A DNA stretch of 44,070 bases. Origin: a virus (taxonomy: Duplodnaviria; Caudoviricetes). A program made the translations under genes and the position numbers. Shown here piece by piece: positions 8,209-17,974 of this stretch. Each line of letters starts with the position of its first letter. The stretch's first letter is position 1. The notes beneath the pieces were generated by a model, which was not told where the DNA came from, made no database searches, and was given only the letters and a program-made list of their open reading frames with translations. The DNA lies in IMG/VR virus record IMGVR_UViG_3300032218_002221, positions 1-44,070 of that record; one strand, 5' to 3'.

Positions 8209-8774
8209 TGACTATAACTTATAGAAATACAAAAGGAACAGCATTAACATATGACGAAATGGATGAAAATATCCGTGATTTGCGTCAAGACACAACACTT
8301 GATAGAGTTTTAGGAAACGGTAACACAACTACAAAAAATATATCAGTAGGTTCAATAAACGCCACTGCAATTTCAATTAACAATCAATCAGCATTTAGTT
8401 CTCCTCCTGCAATTGGGGATATTACACCTAATACAATTACAGGAACTAGCGTTGCAGATACAAAAGGAGAAATTAGATTAGTACCAATAAATGTTAAAGC
8501 ATCAACATATACATTACAATTATCAGATCATGGTAAATTTATATCTACTGCATCAGGAGTTACTGTTCCTGCTAGTATTTTTTTAGCAGGTCAAAGTATA
8601 ACAATTTTTAATAACTCAACATCTAATATAACAATAACACAAGATACAAATGTAACATTATATCTAGTTGGTACTAATACAACAGGAAATAGAACATTGG
8701 CACAATATGGATTAGCAACTGTATTTTGTGTATCAACAAACATTTTTGTTATTACAGGTGGGGGATTAAGTTAA
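8208..8774 (+). CDS. short tail-fibre/virion protein
   Basis: N-terminal RNTKGTALTYDEMDENI anchor motif. C-terminal GNRTLAQYGLATVFCVSTNIFVITGGGLS beta domain. Confidence 0.7.
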   Translation: MTITYRNTKGTALTYDEMDENIRDLRQDTTLDRVLGNGNTTTKNISVGSINATAISINNQSAFSSPPAIGDITPNTITGTSVADTKGEIRLVPINVKASTYTLQLSDHGKFISTASGVTVPASIFLAGQSITIFNNSTSNITITQDTNVTLYLVGTNTTGNRTLAQYGLATVFCVSTNIFVITGGGLS

Positions 8775-8793
8775 AAATATATAAAACTATAAT

Positions 8794-9660
8794 ATGACAA
8801 TATATAATTTATTAATTGGAGCATCTGCTGGTGGATTTGTTTCAGCTACAGGAGGATCTCTTTCAACGCAAACAATAGGACTTATTACCTACAATGTACA
8901 TCAATTTACATCTAACGATACACTTACAATATTATCAGCACCAGGTAATGCAACTATAGAAGTATTTGGTTGGGGTGCTGCAGGAGGTGCAGGAGGAAGA
9001 TCCCAAAATGGAGGTGGAGGTTCTTATGCTAGAACTCCAGCATTATCTGTATCAAAAAATGATGTATTAAACGTTTATGTTGGAAGTGGCGGAGGAAATG
9101 GAAATGGTGGTTGTGTAACAAATAGTGCTGCAGGTGGAGGTTCTGGTTATGGTAGAGGAGGAAATGGTTGGGGTGCAGGTCCTAGTGGTTGTTCTTGCTC
9201 AGGTGGTGGTGGAGGAGGGGGTTCTTTTATTTTTAAAAATTCTATAATACAATGGTGTGCCGCTGGAGGCGGAGGAGGTGCTGGTGCTGAAAATGGAGGA
9301 GGAGGTGCTGGAGGTGGCGGAGATCAAGATGGTGGAAGTGGAAATGCTAACTCTGGTGGTAGTAAAGGAGGAAATACAGGAAGTTATGATGGAGGAGATG
9401 GAGACAGTTATGCACCAGGGGATCAAAGTGGTGCAGGAGGAGGTGGAGGAGGATATTGGGGTGGCGCTAGAGGAAATTTGCCCAATGGTGATGGAAACGG
9501 TGGTGGTGGAGGAGGTGGTGGCCAAAGTTATGCTGCAGAAATAACTCCAGGAACTACAAATGGTAATGCAGGAAATTATAATGATCCTTTCAATGCAGGA
9601 AGTTATGGTAGTGCAAATGGTCAACAAGGAAAAATAGTAATTAGATATAGGATAACATAA
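8794..9660 (+). CDS. glycine-rich tail-associated protein
   Basis: VHQFTS, GWGAAGGAG, AAGGGGGAG and GKIVIRY motifs of phage glycine-rich (polyglycine II) domains. Confidence 0.75.
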   Translation: MTIYNLLIGASAGGFVSATGGSLSTQTIGLITYNVHQFTSNDTLTILSAPGNATIEVFGWGAAGGAGGRSQNGGGGSYARTPALSVSKNDVLNVYVGSGGGNGNGGCVTNSAAGGGSGYGRGGNGWGAGPSGCSCSGGGGGGGSFIFKNSIIQWCAAGGGGGAGAENGGGGAGGGGDQDGGSGNANSGGSKGGNTGSYDGGDGDSYAPGDQSGAGGGGGGYWGGARGNLPNGDGNGGGGGGGGQSYAAEITPGTTNGNAGNYNDPFNAGSYGSANGQQGKIVIRYRIT

Positions 9661-10109
9661 TGAGTAATATAATAGCAAAATATAATATATCAACAAATAA
9701 TTGGTCTGTAACAATACCAAATTTAAATCCCGAAGATCCTTTTTGGGATATAGTACATATAAAAATAGGATTTACTTCAAATAATGATAATATTGTTAAA
9801 TTTAATAATTTATCATTTGGTTATAATATAGAATGTAATAATAAAGAAATAGGTAAAAAACAATGGCCTGTAATTGAGGGTTTTAATTATGTACATACTG
9901 AACAAGAATTTTTAGAAGTATCTACTGAAAAATTGTTACCCACGTTAACACATAAAATAAAAGTTTGGTGTAAAAATAATGATATATATGAAGAAACTGT
10001 ATCTTTTTTTGAAACTCCTGCTCCTCCTAATTTTGATAAACAATTTATTGATGCTCATGGTGAAGGATATGTAATAGATACAGTAACTCCTCAAGGTTTA
10101 TCAAATTAA
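9660..10109 (+). CDS. hypothetical protein
   Basis: Intact 149-aa ORF with a TAATG overlap to the glycine-rich gene. Confidence 0.65.
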   Translation: MSNIIAKYNISTNNWSVTIPNLNPEDPFWDIVHIKIGFTSNNDNIVKFNNLSFGYNIECNNKEIGKKQWPVIEGFNYVHTEQEFLEVSTEKLLPTLTHKIKVWCKNNDIYEETVSFFETPAPPNFDKQFIDAHGEGYVIDTVTPQGLSN

Positions 10110-10137
10110 ATTTAAATTTTAAAAAGCGTAAATCTGT

Positions 10138-10145
10138 TATAAATA
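10138..10145 (+). promoter_or_regulatory. T4-type late promoter TATAAATA
   Basis: Exact consensus 9 nt upstream of gp25. Confidence 0.75.
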
Positions 10146-10154
10146 TTAGCACTT

Positions 10155-10580
10155 ATGCCAAATTACGATTCATCTAGTACTAATAAAAGTAACCGTGCAA
10201 CTAGACAATACGTTGATTTGGATTTAGATTTTGGAAGAAATACAGTTACAGGAGATGTCAATAAATTAACTGATATTGAAGCTGTAAAAAGAAGTGTTAG
10301 AAATTTAGTAAGTACTGCTCACTTTGATAGACCATTTCATCCCGAGTTAGGTTCTGATGTTAGAGCGTTGTTATTTGAAAATATAACACCATTAACTGCA
10401 TTAAATCTACAAAGAAAAGTACAAGAAGTTTTAGTTAATTTTGAACCTAGAATTAAATTAGTTCAAATATTAGCAGATCCTGATATTGATAATAATTCTT
10501 ATGGATTATCAATTATATTTTATGTTATAGGAAATCCAGAACCAGTGGTTGTGGAAACATTTTTAGAAAGATTAAGATAA
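10155..10580 (+). CDS. gp25: baseplate wedge subunit gp25
   Basis: YVDLDLDF...AVKRSVRNLV...RPFHPELGSDVRALLFEN...FEPRI...LERLR. Confidence 0.92.
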   Translation: MPNYDSSSTNKSNRATRQYVDLDLDFGRNTVTGDVNKLTDIEAVKRSVRNLVSTAHFDRPFHPELGSDVRALLFENITPLTALNLQRKVQEVLVNFEPRIKLVQILADPDIDNNSYGLSIIFYVIGNPEPVVVETFLERLR

Positions 10581-10581
10581 A

Positions 10582-12489
10582 ATGGCAAGTTCTAAGTTAC
10601 AAGTATCAGATTTTGATTTTGACACGATAAAGGCAAATCTTAAAACCTTTTTACAAAGTCAAACAGAATTTCAAGATTATAATTTTGAAGGATCTGGTAT
10701 GTCTGTTCTTTTAGATATTCTAGCTTATAATACTCACTATCTAGGTTACAATGCTAACATGTTAGCAAACGAAATGTTTTTAGATAGTGCTGATATTAGA
10801 AAAAATATTGTTTCTTTGGCAAAAGGGTTAGGTTATATTCCTTCTTCAGTTATTTCTCCACAAGCCGTAATTAATATTGTTGTAAATGATGCAACGGGTT
10901 CATCTTTAATATTACCAAAAGGTACATCTTTCTCAACTACAGTAAACGGAACAAATTTTCAATATGTAACTAAAGAAGATTATTCAGCAACTATTGAAAA
11001 TAATGTTTATACTTTTAATGATGTTTCAATATATGAAGGAACTTTAGTAACTTATAGATATGTTGTAGATTCAAATGATCCTGATCAAAAATTTGTAATT
11101 CCAAGTCAATATGCTGACATGTCAACATTAAATGTTGTTTTGCAAAATAGTGCAACTGATACTACGTCAAGAATTTTTATAGAATTGGATGTTAATGCAA
11201 TTCAAGCGAGCAAAGTTTTTAATCCAGATACAAATGTAGGTAACAATAGTTTAGTATATCTAAAACAAGAAAATGAAGATGGAAGATATGAAATATATTT
11301 TGGAGATAATGTTATTGGAAAAAAACCAGATGATGGTAATATAGTTATCCTTCAATACATTGTTACTAACGCTACACTATCAAATGGTGCAACAACTTTT
11401 TCAATTAATAATGCAATTCAAGGATTTTCCGATATAACAATAACAACTACAACTCCTTCATTTGGTGGAGCATTAGCCGAATCAAAAGAATCTATAAGAT
11501 ATAATGCACCTTTATTTTATGGAACACAAAATAGAGCAGTTACAAGTTTTGATTACGAAGCATTAGTTAAAAAATTAGTTCCTGCTGCATTATCAGTTAA
11601 AGCGTGGGGTAGTGAAAATGATGAATATCCTTCTTATGGAAATGTAAAAATTGCTATAAAATTAGATAATGATCAAACATTAACAGTTGGAGCTAAAGAT
11701 TTAATTTCATCAAATTTAAAAAATTATAATATTGCTTCTATTCGTCCTGTTATTGTAGATCCTACTATAACATATGTTATGATTAATAGTAACATATTAT
11801 TTAATTCATCTTTAACTACAAAAACAGCAGATACAATAAGATCATTAGTAATTGAAAATTTAATAGACTATAATCAAAATACATTGCAAAGATTTGATTC
11901 AGTACTTCGTTTTTCAAAATTAACAAAATTAATTGATAATACAGATTCAAGTATAGATTCAAATATAACTACATTAAAAATTAAACAAAGATTGATTCCT
12001 GTTTTAGGATCAAATCTTTCATATTCAGTTTATTTTAGAAATGCTTTATACAATCCAACATCAGGATATAATGAAGTAAATGGAGGCATTTTACAATCGT
12101 CTGCATTTAAAATTAATGGAGATCCTACAAACATATATTATTTAAATGATGATGGTAACGGTAAAATTAGATTGTATACTTTAGTATCTACAGGTTTAAC
12201 TGATTCTGCTGTAAATTATGTAAATACAAATCAAGGAACTATTAATTATACCACTGGAGAAATTTTAATTAATTCATTAAATATAAGTAATATAGAACCT
12301 GTTAATGGAAATGAAGTTGATTATATTTCATTAACTGTTAAATCAAATTCAAATGATATTGTTCCCGTTAGAGATCAAGTAGTTGAAATTGATTTTGATA
12401 ATTCTGTAATTAGTGTTGAAAAAAATAATTATGTAGGAGGTTCGTCAGTAACAACTACAGGAGTTGTTGTAACATCCAGAAGTAATTAA
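10582..12489 (+). CDS. gp6: baseplate wedge subunit gp6
   Basis: DFDTIKANLKTFL...FQDYNFEGSGMSVLLDILAYNTHY...EMFLDSA, IYFGDNVIGK and QNRAVTSFDY. Directly follows gp25. Confidence 0.92.
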   Translation: MASSKLQVSDFDFDTIKANLKTFLQSQTEFQDYNFEGSGMSVLLDILAYNTHYLGYNANMLANEMFLDSADIRKNIVSLAKGLGYIPSSVISPQAVINIVVNDATGSSLILPKGTSFSTTVNGTNFQYVTKEDYSATIENNVYTFNDVSIYEGTLVTYRYVVDSNDPDQKFVIPSQYADMSTLNVVLQNSATDTTSRIFIELDVNAIQASKVFNPDTNVGNNSLVYLKQENEDGRYEIYFGDNVIGKKPDDGNIVILQYIVTNATLSNGATTFSINNAIQGFSDITITTTTPSFGGALAESKESIRYNAPLFYGTQNRAVTSFDYEALVKKLVPAALSVKAWGSENDEYPSYGNVKIAIKLDNDQTLTVGAKDLISSNLKNYNIASIRPVIVDPTITYVMINSNILFNSSLTTKTADTIRSLVIENLIDYNQNTLQRFDSVLRFSKLTKLIDNTDSSIDSNITTLKIKQRLIPVLGSNLSYSVYFRNALYNPTSGYNEVNGGILQSSAFKINGDPTNIYYLNDDGNGKIRLYTLVSTGLTDSAVNYVNTNQGTINYTTGEILINSLNISNIEPVNGNEVDYISLTVKSNSNDIVPVRDQVVEIDFDNSVISVEKNNYVGGSSVTTTGVVVTSRSN

Positions 12490-12491
12490 TT

Positions 12492-15098
12492 ATGTCTTTG
12501 TTTAAAGAGAAAATATCTAATTTAGTTACTTCTCAATTACCAGAATTTGTTGTAGAAGATCATCCCAAATTTGTAGAATTTTTAAAAGCATATTACACAT
12601 TCATGGAGGCTTCTTTATTAGAGGTCACAGAAGTTGAAACTACAGATGGTTTACAATTAGAATCAGAAACCGGTCAAGTAAATCTTTTACTTTTAAATAG
12701 TACAGGAGTATCTTCAGAAATTACACTTGAAAATGCAGAAGAAAAATTATTATTTGAAAGTTCTGCTTATGGTAAATTTACAGTAGGTGAAATAGTACAA
12801 GGTCAAACTTCAAAAGCATTATCAACAATACTATCAGTAGATATAAACGAAACTACTAATACTGGAAAAATTTTTATATTAGCACAAGACAAATTTCTTA
12901 AAGATGAAGTTATATTAGGGTTAACTTCTAATGCTTCAGCAGTAATAAACAATTATAAACCAAATCCAGTTACAAGTATTCAACAGTTATTAAATTTAAG
13001 AGATGTAGATAAAACATTAGATAATTTTTTATCTCATTTTAGAAATGAATTAGTTAATACTCTTCCTGAAACTATAACTTCAGAAATAAAAAAAAGAGAA
13101 TTTTATAAAAATGCTTATTATTTTTATAGTTTAAAAGGAACACCTGTTGGTAATGATTTATTTTTTCGAATATTGTTTAATGAAAAAGCAGAAACTATCT
13201 ATCCAAGAGATAATATATTAAGGGCGTCTGATGGTAAGTGGGAAAAAAATAATATTATAAGAGTTTCAGATATAAAAGGAGATACCTATAATTTATTATA
13301 CAGACAAATAACAGGAACAACTTCTTTTGCAACAGCTATTGTTCAAAATATTGTTAAGATTATTATAGGTGGTGAATTAATAACAGAAATTGTTTTAGAT
13401 CCTAATAATATTAATGGAACATTTTTATTAGGAGAAACAATTAAAGGAACTTCTAATGATACAGATGATACTTATATTACTGCAAGTGTTTTAGGAATAC
13501 CTGCAGATTTTGAAATTACAAATGGAGGTTCTTTATATTCATTTAATCAAATAGTTGATACAACAACCAATAATAATACCGCAGTACAAATTGACAAATT
13601 AAATACAGGCAGTATTGAAAATATTATCATAGATGTTCCTGGAATTGGTTATAATATTGGAGATGATTTAATTTTTAACAATACAGGAACTTACGGAAAA
13701 GATGCTGCAGGATTTGTTAAAATTGTCAATGGTGGATTTATAAATGAGGATAACTCAAATGATCGTATTATATTAGAAGATTTTACACAGAATGGTGATA
13801 GTTATGATGGTTCTGTTTTAGTTCAAGAAAAAGCAAGTGGTTCTGGTGATATTACGGATATATTTCTTTATAACAAAGGAAACAGTTATACTTCTTTACC
13901 CACAATAACAATATCATCAAATTCTGGAATAAATGCAAAGATAAAATGTTTTGGTTCTAATATAGGAAAAATACAATCAATAAAATTTGTTGAAGAAGGT
14001 GCAGGTTATACTGATCTTTCTGTTCCTTTAAAATTTAAAACTAATTTATTAATAACTTCAATAATTGGTTCATTTATTGTAGATGAAACTGTAACTACTA
14101 ATACTGGTATTACTGGAACAGTTGTTAGTTTTAATTTAGCAACCGGATTGCTAGTTTTAAAAAATACTACCTCTACAATATATCCAAATTATACTGTTAC
14201 AGGAAATTTATCAAATGCAACTGGTACAATTACAATTGCAACTGAAGCAACAGGAAATATAATTGTTGGTACTGTAAGAGAAACAGACGGATCATATTTT
14301 GGAACTACAGGATTGATTTCTGAAAGTTCTATGATTATTCAAGACAATAAAAAATATCAAGATTATTCTTATGTAGTAAAAGTAGGACGTACTATAAATG
14401 AATGGAGATCAGATTTTATTAAATCTATACATCCTGCAGGTTTTTATTTTGAAGGAGAAGTAGATATACAATCATTTGCTGTTGCTAAAACAAGAGCTCC
14501 AATTATTGGCGAAATTTCAAAAGTTGTTCAATCTCCTTTATTTAGCGTTTTAAATACTTTATTCTTAACAACGTTTAGAAGAAAACTTGGAACAATAGAT
14601 GATGGATCAACTTTAAACTTAACTCCTTTATTAGGAAAAGGTGGAGATTTCAATCAACAAACAGGTTCACAATTTTTAATTTCATCAAGAGATATAACAT
14701 TAAGAAGGTCACCAGTAAATTTATTCTATATATCAAGACTTAGATATTTAATAGGTGGTATAGATATAAGAAAAGGTTATGCTTATACAGGTCCTTCTTA
14801 TAGAACAATTAATAGAGAAATAGATAGATCCTTTGTTAGACAAGCAGGAACTAATTATACTATTGGTACTCTATCAAATAATTTAACTTTTAATACGGAT
14901 TCAATTTATGATGGAAAAGATAATCATTTATTGTTTTGTTCTAATGATGCAGGTAGAAATATTAAAGCAAGTTTAACTATGCCTGCAGAAATTGTATTAA
15001 TTGTAGGAAAAATACAATTTGATAGTGATATAGTTAAAATGGATCAAACAATTGACAGAAATAATAATCCAATAACTTTTGATAGTACACTACCTTAA
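12492..15098 (+). CDS. gp7: baseplate wedge subunit, gp7-like
   Basis: SQLPEFVVEDHPKFVEFLKAYY, YSLKGT...FFRILFNE, RASDGKW and IQDNKKYQDYSYVVK...IHPAGF. Located between gp6 and gp8. Confidence 0.75.
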   Translation: MSLFKEKISNLVTSQLPEFVVEDHPKFVEFLKAYYTFMEASLLEVTEVETTDGLQLESETGQVNLLLLNSTGVSSEITLENAEEKLLFESSAYGKFTVGEIVQGQTSKALSTILSVDINETTNTGKIFILAQDKFLKDEVILGLTSNASAVINNYKPNPVTSIQQLLNLRDVDKTLDNFLSHFRNELVNTLPETITSEIKKREFYKNAYYFYSLKGTPVGNDLFFRILFNEKAETIYPRDNILRASDGKWEKNNIIRVSDIKGDTYNLLYRQITGTTSFATAIVQNIVKIIIGGELITEIVLDPNNINGTFLLGETIKGTSNDTDDTYITASVLGIPADFEITNGGSLYSFNQIVDTTTNNNTAVQIDKLNTGSIENIIIDVPGIGYNIGDDLIFNNTGTYGKDAAGFVKIVNGGFINEDNSNDRIILEDFTQNGDSYDGSVLVQEKASGSGDITDIFLYNKGNSYTSLPTITISSNSGINAKIKCFGSNIGKIQSIKFVEEGAGYTDLSVPLKFKTNLLITSIIGSFIVDETVTTNTGITGTVVSFNLATGLLVLKNTTSTIYPNYTVTGNLSNATGTITIATEATGNIIVGTVRETDGSYFGTTGLISESSMIIQDNKKYQDYSYVVKVGRTINEWRSDFIKSIHPAGFYFEGEVDIQSFAVAKTRAPIIGEISKVVQSPLFSVLNTLFLTTFRRKLGTIDDGSTLNLTPLLGKGGDFNQQTGSQFLISSRDITLRRSPVNLFYISRLRYLIGGIDIRKGYAYTGPSYRTINREIDRSFVRQAGTNYTIGTLSNNLTFNTDSIYDGKDNHLLFCSNDAGRNIKASLTMPAEIVLIVGKIQFDSDIVKMDQTIDRNNNPITFDSTLP

Positions 15099-15105
15099 AA
15101 ATGAT

Positions 15106-15113
15106 TATAAATA
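15106..15113 (+). promoter_or_regulatory. T4-type late promoter TATAAATA
   Basis: Exact consensus, intergenic. Confidence 0.75.
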
Positions 15114-15132
15114 TAAGAAACAATTATAAAAA

Positions 15133-16461
15133 ATGAGTAAACAACCAGTAAATATAGGTTCATTCGCAAACGATGGTACAGGAGATACCTTACGAAATGC
15201 AGGAACAAAAATTAATGCTAATTTTACAGAACTCTATACTGCAATGGGAGATGGTACAACACTAACTTCAGGTGTATTTGTAACTACTCTTAATACTGTA
15301 ACTCTTTTTAATAAAACTTTAAATCAACCTATTATATCTACAATTTTAAATTCAGGACCTTTGGTACTTCCAACTGGACCTAATACACTTGCAACATTAA
15401 ATGGTATAGAAACTTTTACAAATAAAACTTTAACCTCTCCTTCAATTTCACAAATATTAACTAATAGTGGAAATTCAACTATAACATTACCTGCAACTAC
15501 AGATACTCTTGTTGGTAAGGCAACTACAGATACATTTACAAATAAAACTTTTGATACTGCTGCAACAGGTAACGTATTTAAAATTAATGGAACTACTATC
15601 ACATTAAATACAGGAACAGGAAGTAATGTTTTAGCAACATCTCCAACATTAACTACACCAGTTATTTCTACAATTACAAATACTGGAACATTAACTTTAC
15701 CCACATCAACAGATACTCTTATTGGTAGAGCAACAACAGATACTTTAACAAATAAAACATTTGATACAGCTGGCACAGGAAACGTATTTAAAATTAATGG
15801 TACCACTCTTACAGATAAAACAGGAACTGGTAAAGTAGTATTAGATACAAGTCCTACAATTACAACTCCTTCTATAGCACAAATTATAAACACAGGAACT
15901 TTAACATTACCAACTTCTACAGATACATTAGTTGGAAGAGCAACTACTGATACATTAACTAATAAAACTTTAAGTGGCGCTACAAATTTTTTAGATGTTA
16001 CAAGTTCGGCTAATAAAATTAGATTTAACTATGCAAATATTGGTTCATTACCAAACGCAATAACATATCAAGGTGCAATAGGAGTAATAACTGGTGCAGC
16101 AAGATTGTTTTTTGCAGATTCAGGAAGTTGGATTGAAATTGGTTCTAACAATTCTAGTATAGATTTATTTACAGATGTTGATTTATCGACTACTCCTCCT
16201 ACAAATAAACAAACTTTAAGTTGGGTTGGAACTAATGCAAAATTTATACCTGCTACTTTAGGTGCAATGACTTCATATACTGGAAATGGAAGTCAAACAG
16301 TATTTGCCATAAATGCAAATTATAACGTTTATAATATACTAGTATTTGTAAACGGAGTATGTAAAGTTCCTCTTACAGAATATACATTATCTGGATCTAA
16401 TTTAACATTTATTGTGGCACCTATAAATGGAGCTGTTATTATGATAAGATACTTAGGATAA
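15133..16461 (+). CDS. baseplate/tail-fibre connector with T4 gp9/gp10-like N-terminus
   Basis: KQPVNIGSFANDGTGDTLRNAGTKINANFTELY N-terminus and a Thr-rich repeat shaft. Confidence 0.8.
   Translation: MSKQPVNIGSFANDGTGDTLRNAGTKINANFTELYTAMGDGTTLTSGVFVTTLNTVTLFNKTLNQPIISTILNSGPLVLPTGPNTLATLNGIETFTNKTLTSPSISQILTNSGNSTITLPATTDTLVGKATTDTFTNKTFDTAATGNVFKINGTTITLNTGTGSNVLATSPTLTTPVISTITNTGTLTLPTSTDTLIGRATTDTLTNKTFDTAGTGNVFKINGTTLTDKTGTGKVVLDTSPTITTPSIAQIINTGTLTLPTSTDTLVGRATTDTLTNKTLSGATNFLDVTSSANKIRFNYANIGSLPNAITYQGAIGVITGAARLFFADSGSWIEIGSNNSSIDLFTDVDLSTTPPTNKQTLSWVGTNAKFIPATLGAMTSYTGNGSQTVFAINANYNVYNILVFVNGVCKVPLTEYTLSGSNLTFIVAPINGAVIMIRYLG
15481..15972 (+). repeat. about 210-nt (70-aa) tandem internal repeat, roughly 2.3 copies
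   Basis: (I/L)TLPxxTDTL(V/I)GxATTDTxTNKT recurs at 15481, 15691 and 15901. aacgtatttaaaattaatgg occurs at 15571 and 15781. Confidence 0.85.
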
Positions 16462-16474
16462 TATAAAAATGATG

Positions 16475-16482
16475 TATAAATA
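16475..16482 (+). promoter_or_regulatory. T4-type late promoter TATAAATA
   Basis: Exact consensus upstream of gp8. Confidence 0.75.
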
Positions 16483-16503
16483 TAACAAAAGAAATTAAAA
16501 ATT

Positions 16504-17967
16504 ATGCCAGCAATTATAACAAATAAATTTAGAATTAATAGTAGTAATCAATTTTACAACTCTTTTTCAGGAACAACTAACTATTATTTGGGTATAGGTC
16601 GTCCTCAACCTTTTAGTACATCACAAATAAGAGGTGATGGAAGATCAGTAAATGAAGGAACTGATGCTGCGGCATTAACTCCAGTTGATAGTTTTTCTGA
16701 TGAATATTATGCTTATAACGACTTATTAGCTCTTAAAAAAATTGCATCTACCGATATATCTTATGCAATTGCAAGACGTGATTGGACAACAAACACGGTT
16801 TACGATTATTACAGACACGATTATGGCAATTATATTACAGGAACTACTTCTCTACAAACTACTTATTCTACTGCAACTAATTTATTTGATGCAAAATTTT
16901 ATGTTTTAAATTCAGAAAAAAATGTTTATAAGTGTTTAGATAATAATAACAATGCACCTTCAACAATAGAACCAACAGGTACTTCAACTTCAATAATTCA
17001 AACTGGAGATAATTACAAGTGGAAATATATGTACACTTTAAGTGCAACACAACAAGCAAATTTTATATCAACAGATTTTATGGCTGTTGTAACAAATTCT
17101 ACAGTATCTTCTTCTGCTATTAATGGTGCTATTAATATAGTAAAAATTAAATCATCAGGTACAAATGGAGTAACAGGATCTTATACAAATATTCCAATTC
17201 GTGGAGATGGAACAAATGGTAGAGTTACTGTAGGCGTAAGTGCTGGAGGAGTAACTAGTGTTATAATTACAAATGTAGGTTCTGGTTATACTTTTGCTTA
17301 CATTAAAAATTCTGATATTGTTGCTGCAGGTTGTACAAATTTAGTAGGAGCAGAATTAGATTGTATCATTGAACCAAAAGGTGGTCATGGTTTTAATGCT
17401 GTAAGAGAACTTGGCGGATATTTTGTTTTAATGAATATAAGTTTGTCAGGTGCAGAAACAGCAAACTCAGGCGATTTTACAGTTGCAAACGATTTTAGAA
17501 GAATTATGTTGATTGCAAATCCAACAACTACTGGAACATTATCAACTGCAAATTCTCTTAGAGCAACAAAAGCAATTAATTTTGCTAGTTCACCTACACC
17601 TGGAACATTTGTTGCTGATGAAACAATCACTCAATCAACTACTGGTGCAGTAGGTAAAGTAGTAGAATGGGATTCAACAAATAGAATACTTTATTATATT
17701 CAAACAAGATTTAATAATGAAGGTATTGATTCAAGTGGAAATAAAACAGCATTTAGTGGTGTAAACGTTGTAACCGGTTCATCATCAGGTGCTACAGGAA
17801 CTCCATCAACAACAACTGCAACTATAAACAATGCTAATTTTATATCAGGTTACGCTAATTCAGAAGTTGATTTAAATTCTGGAGATATAATTTATATAGA
17901 AAATCGAGCTCCGATTGCTAGGGCTGCGGATCAAACCGAGAACATTAAATTAGTAATAGAATTTTAG
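16504..17967 (+). CDS. gp8: baseplate wedge subunit gp8
   Basis: MPAIITNKFRI, FYVLNSEKNVYKCLDN, GDNYKWKYMYT, PKGGHG and SGDIIYIENRAPIARAADQTENIKLVIEF. Confidence 0.9.
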   Translation: MPAIITNKFRINSSNQFYNSFSGTTNYYLGIGRPQPFSTSQIRGDGRSVNEGTDAAALTPVDSFSDEYYAYNDLLALKKIASTDISYAIARRDWTTNTVYDYYRHDYGNYITGTTSLQTTYSTATNLFDAKFYVLNSEKNVYKCLDNNNNAPSTIEPTGTSTSIIQTGDNYKWKYMYTLSATQQANFISTDFMAVVTNSTVSSSAINGAINIVKIKSSGTNGVTGSYTNIPIRGDGTNGRVTVGVSAGGVTSVIITNVGSGYTFAYIKNSDIVAAGCTNLVGAELDCIIEPKGGHGFNAVRELGGYFVLMNISLSGAETANSGDFTVANDFRRIMLIANPTTTGTLSTANSLRATKAINFASSPTPGTFVADETITQSTTGAVGKVVEWDSTNRILYYIQTRFNNEGIDSSGNKTAFSGVNVVTGSSSGATGTPSTTTATINNANFISGYANSEVDLNSGDIIYIENRAPIARAADQTENIKLVIEF

Positions 17968-17974
17968 GTGAAAT

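Noticed and set aside
8960-9530. GGA/GGT-rich repeats as a CRISPR array, microsatellite or collagen
   Set aside because: They are poly-Gly codons in a glycine-rich domain, with no repeat-spacer structure and no Gly-X-Y periodicity.
15481-15972. Repeat pair as the template and variable regions of a diversity-generating retroelement
   Set aside because: The copies are in-frame tandem coding repeats, differences are not adenine-specific, and no reverse transcriptase is present.
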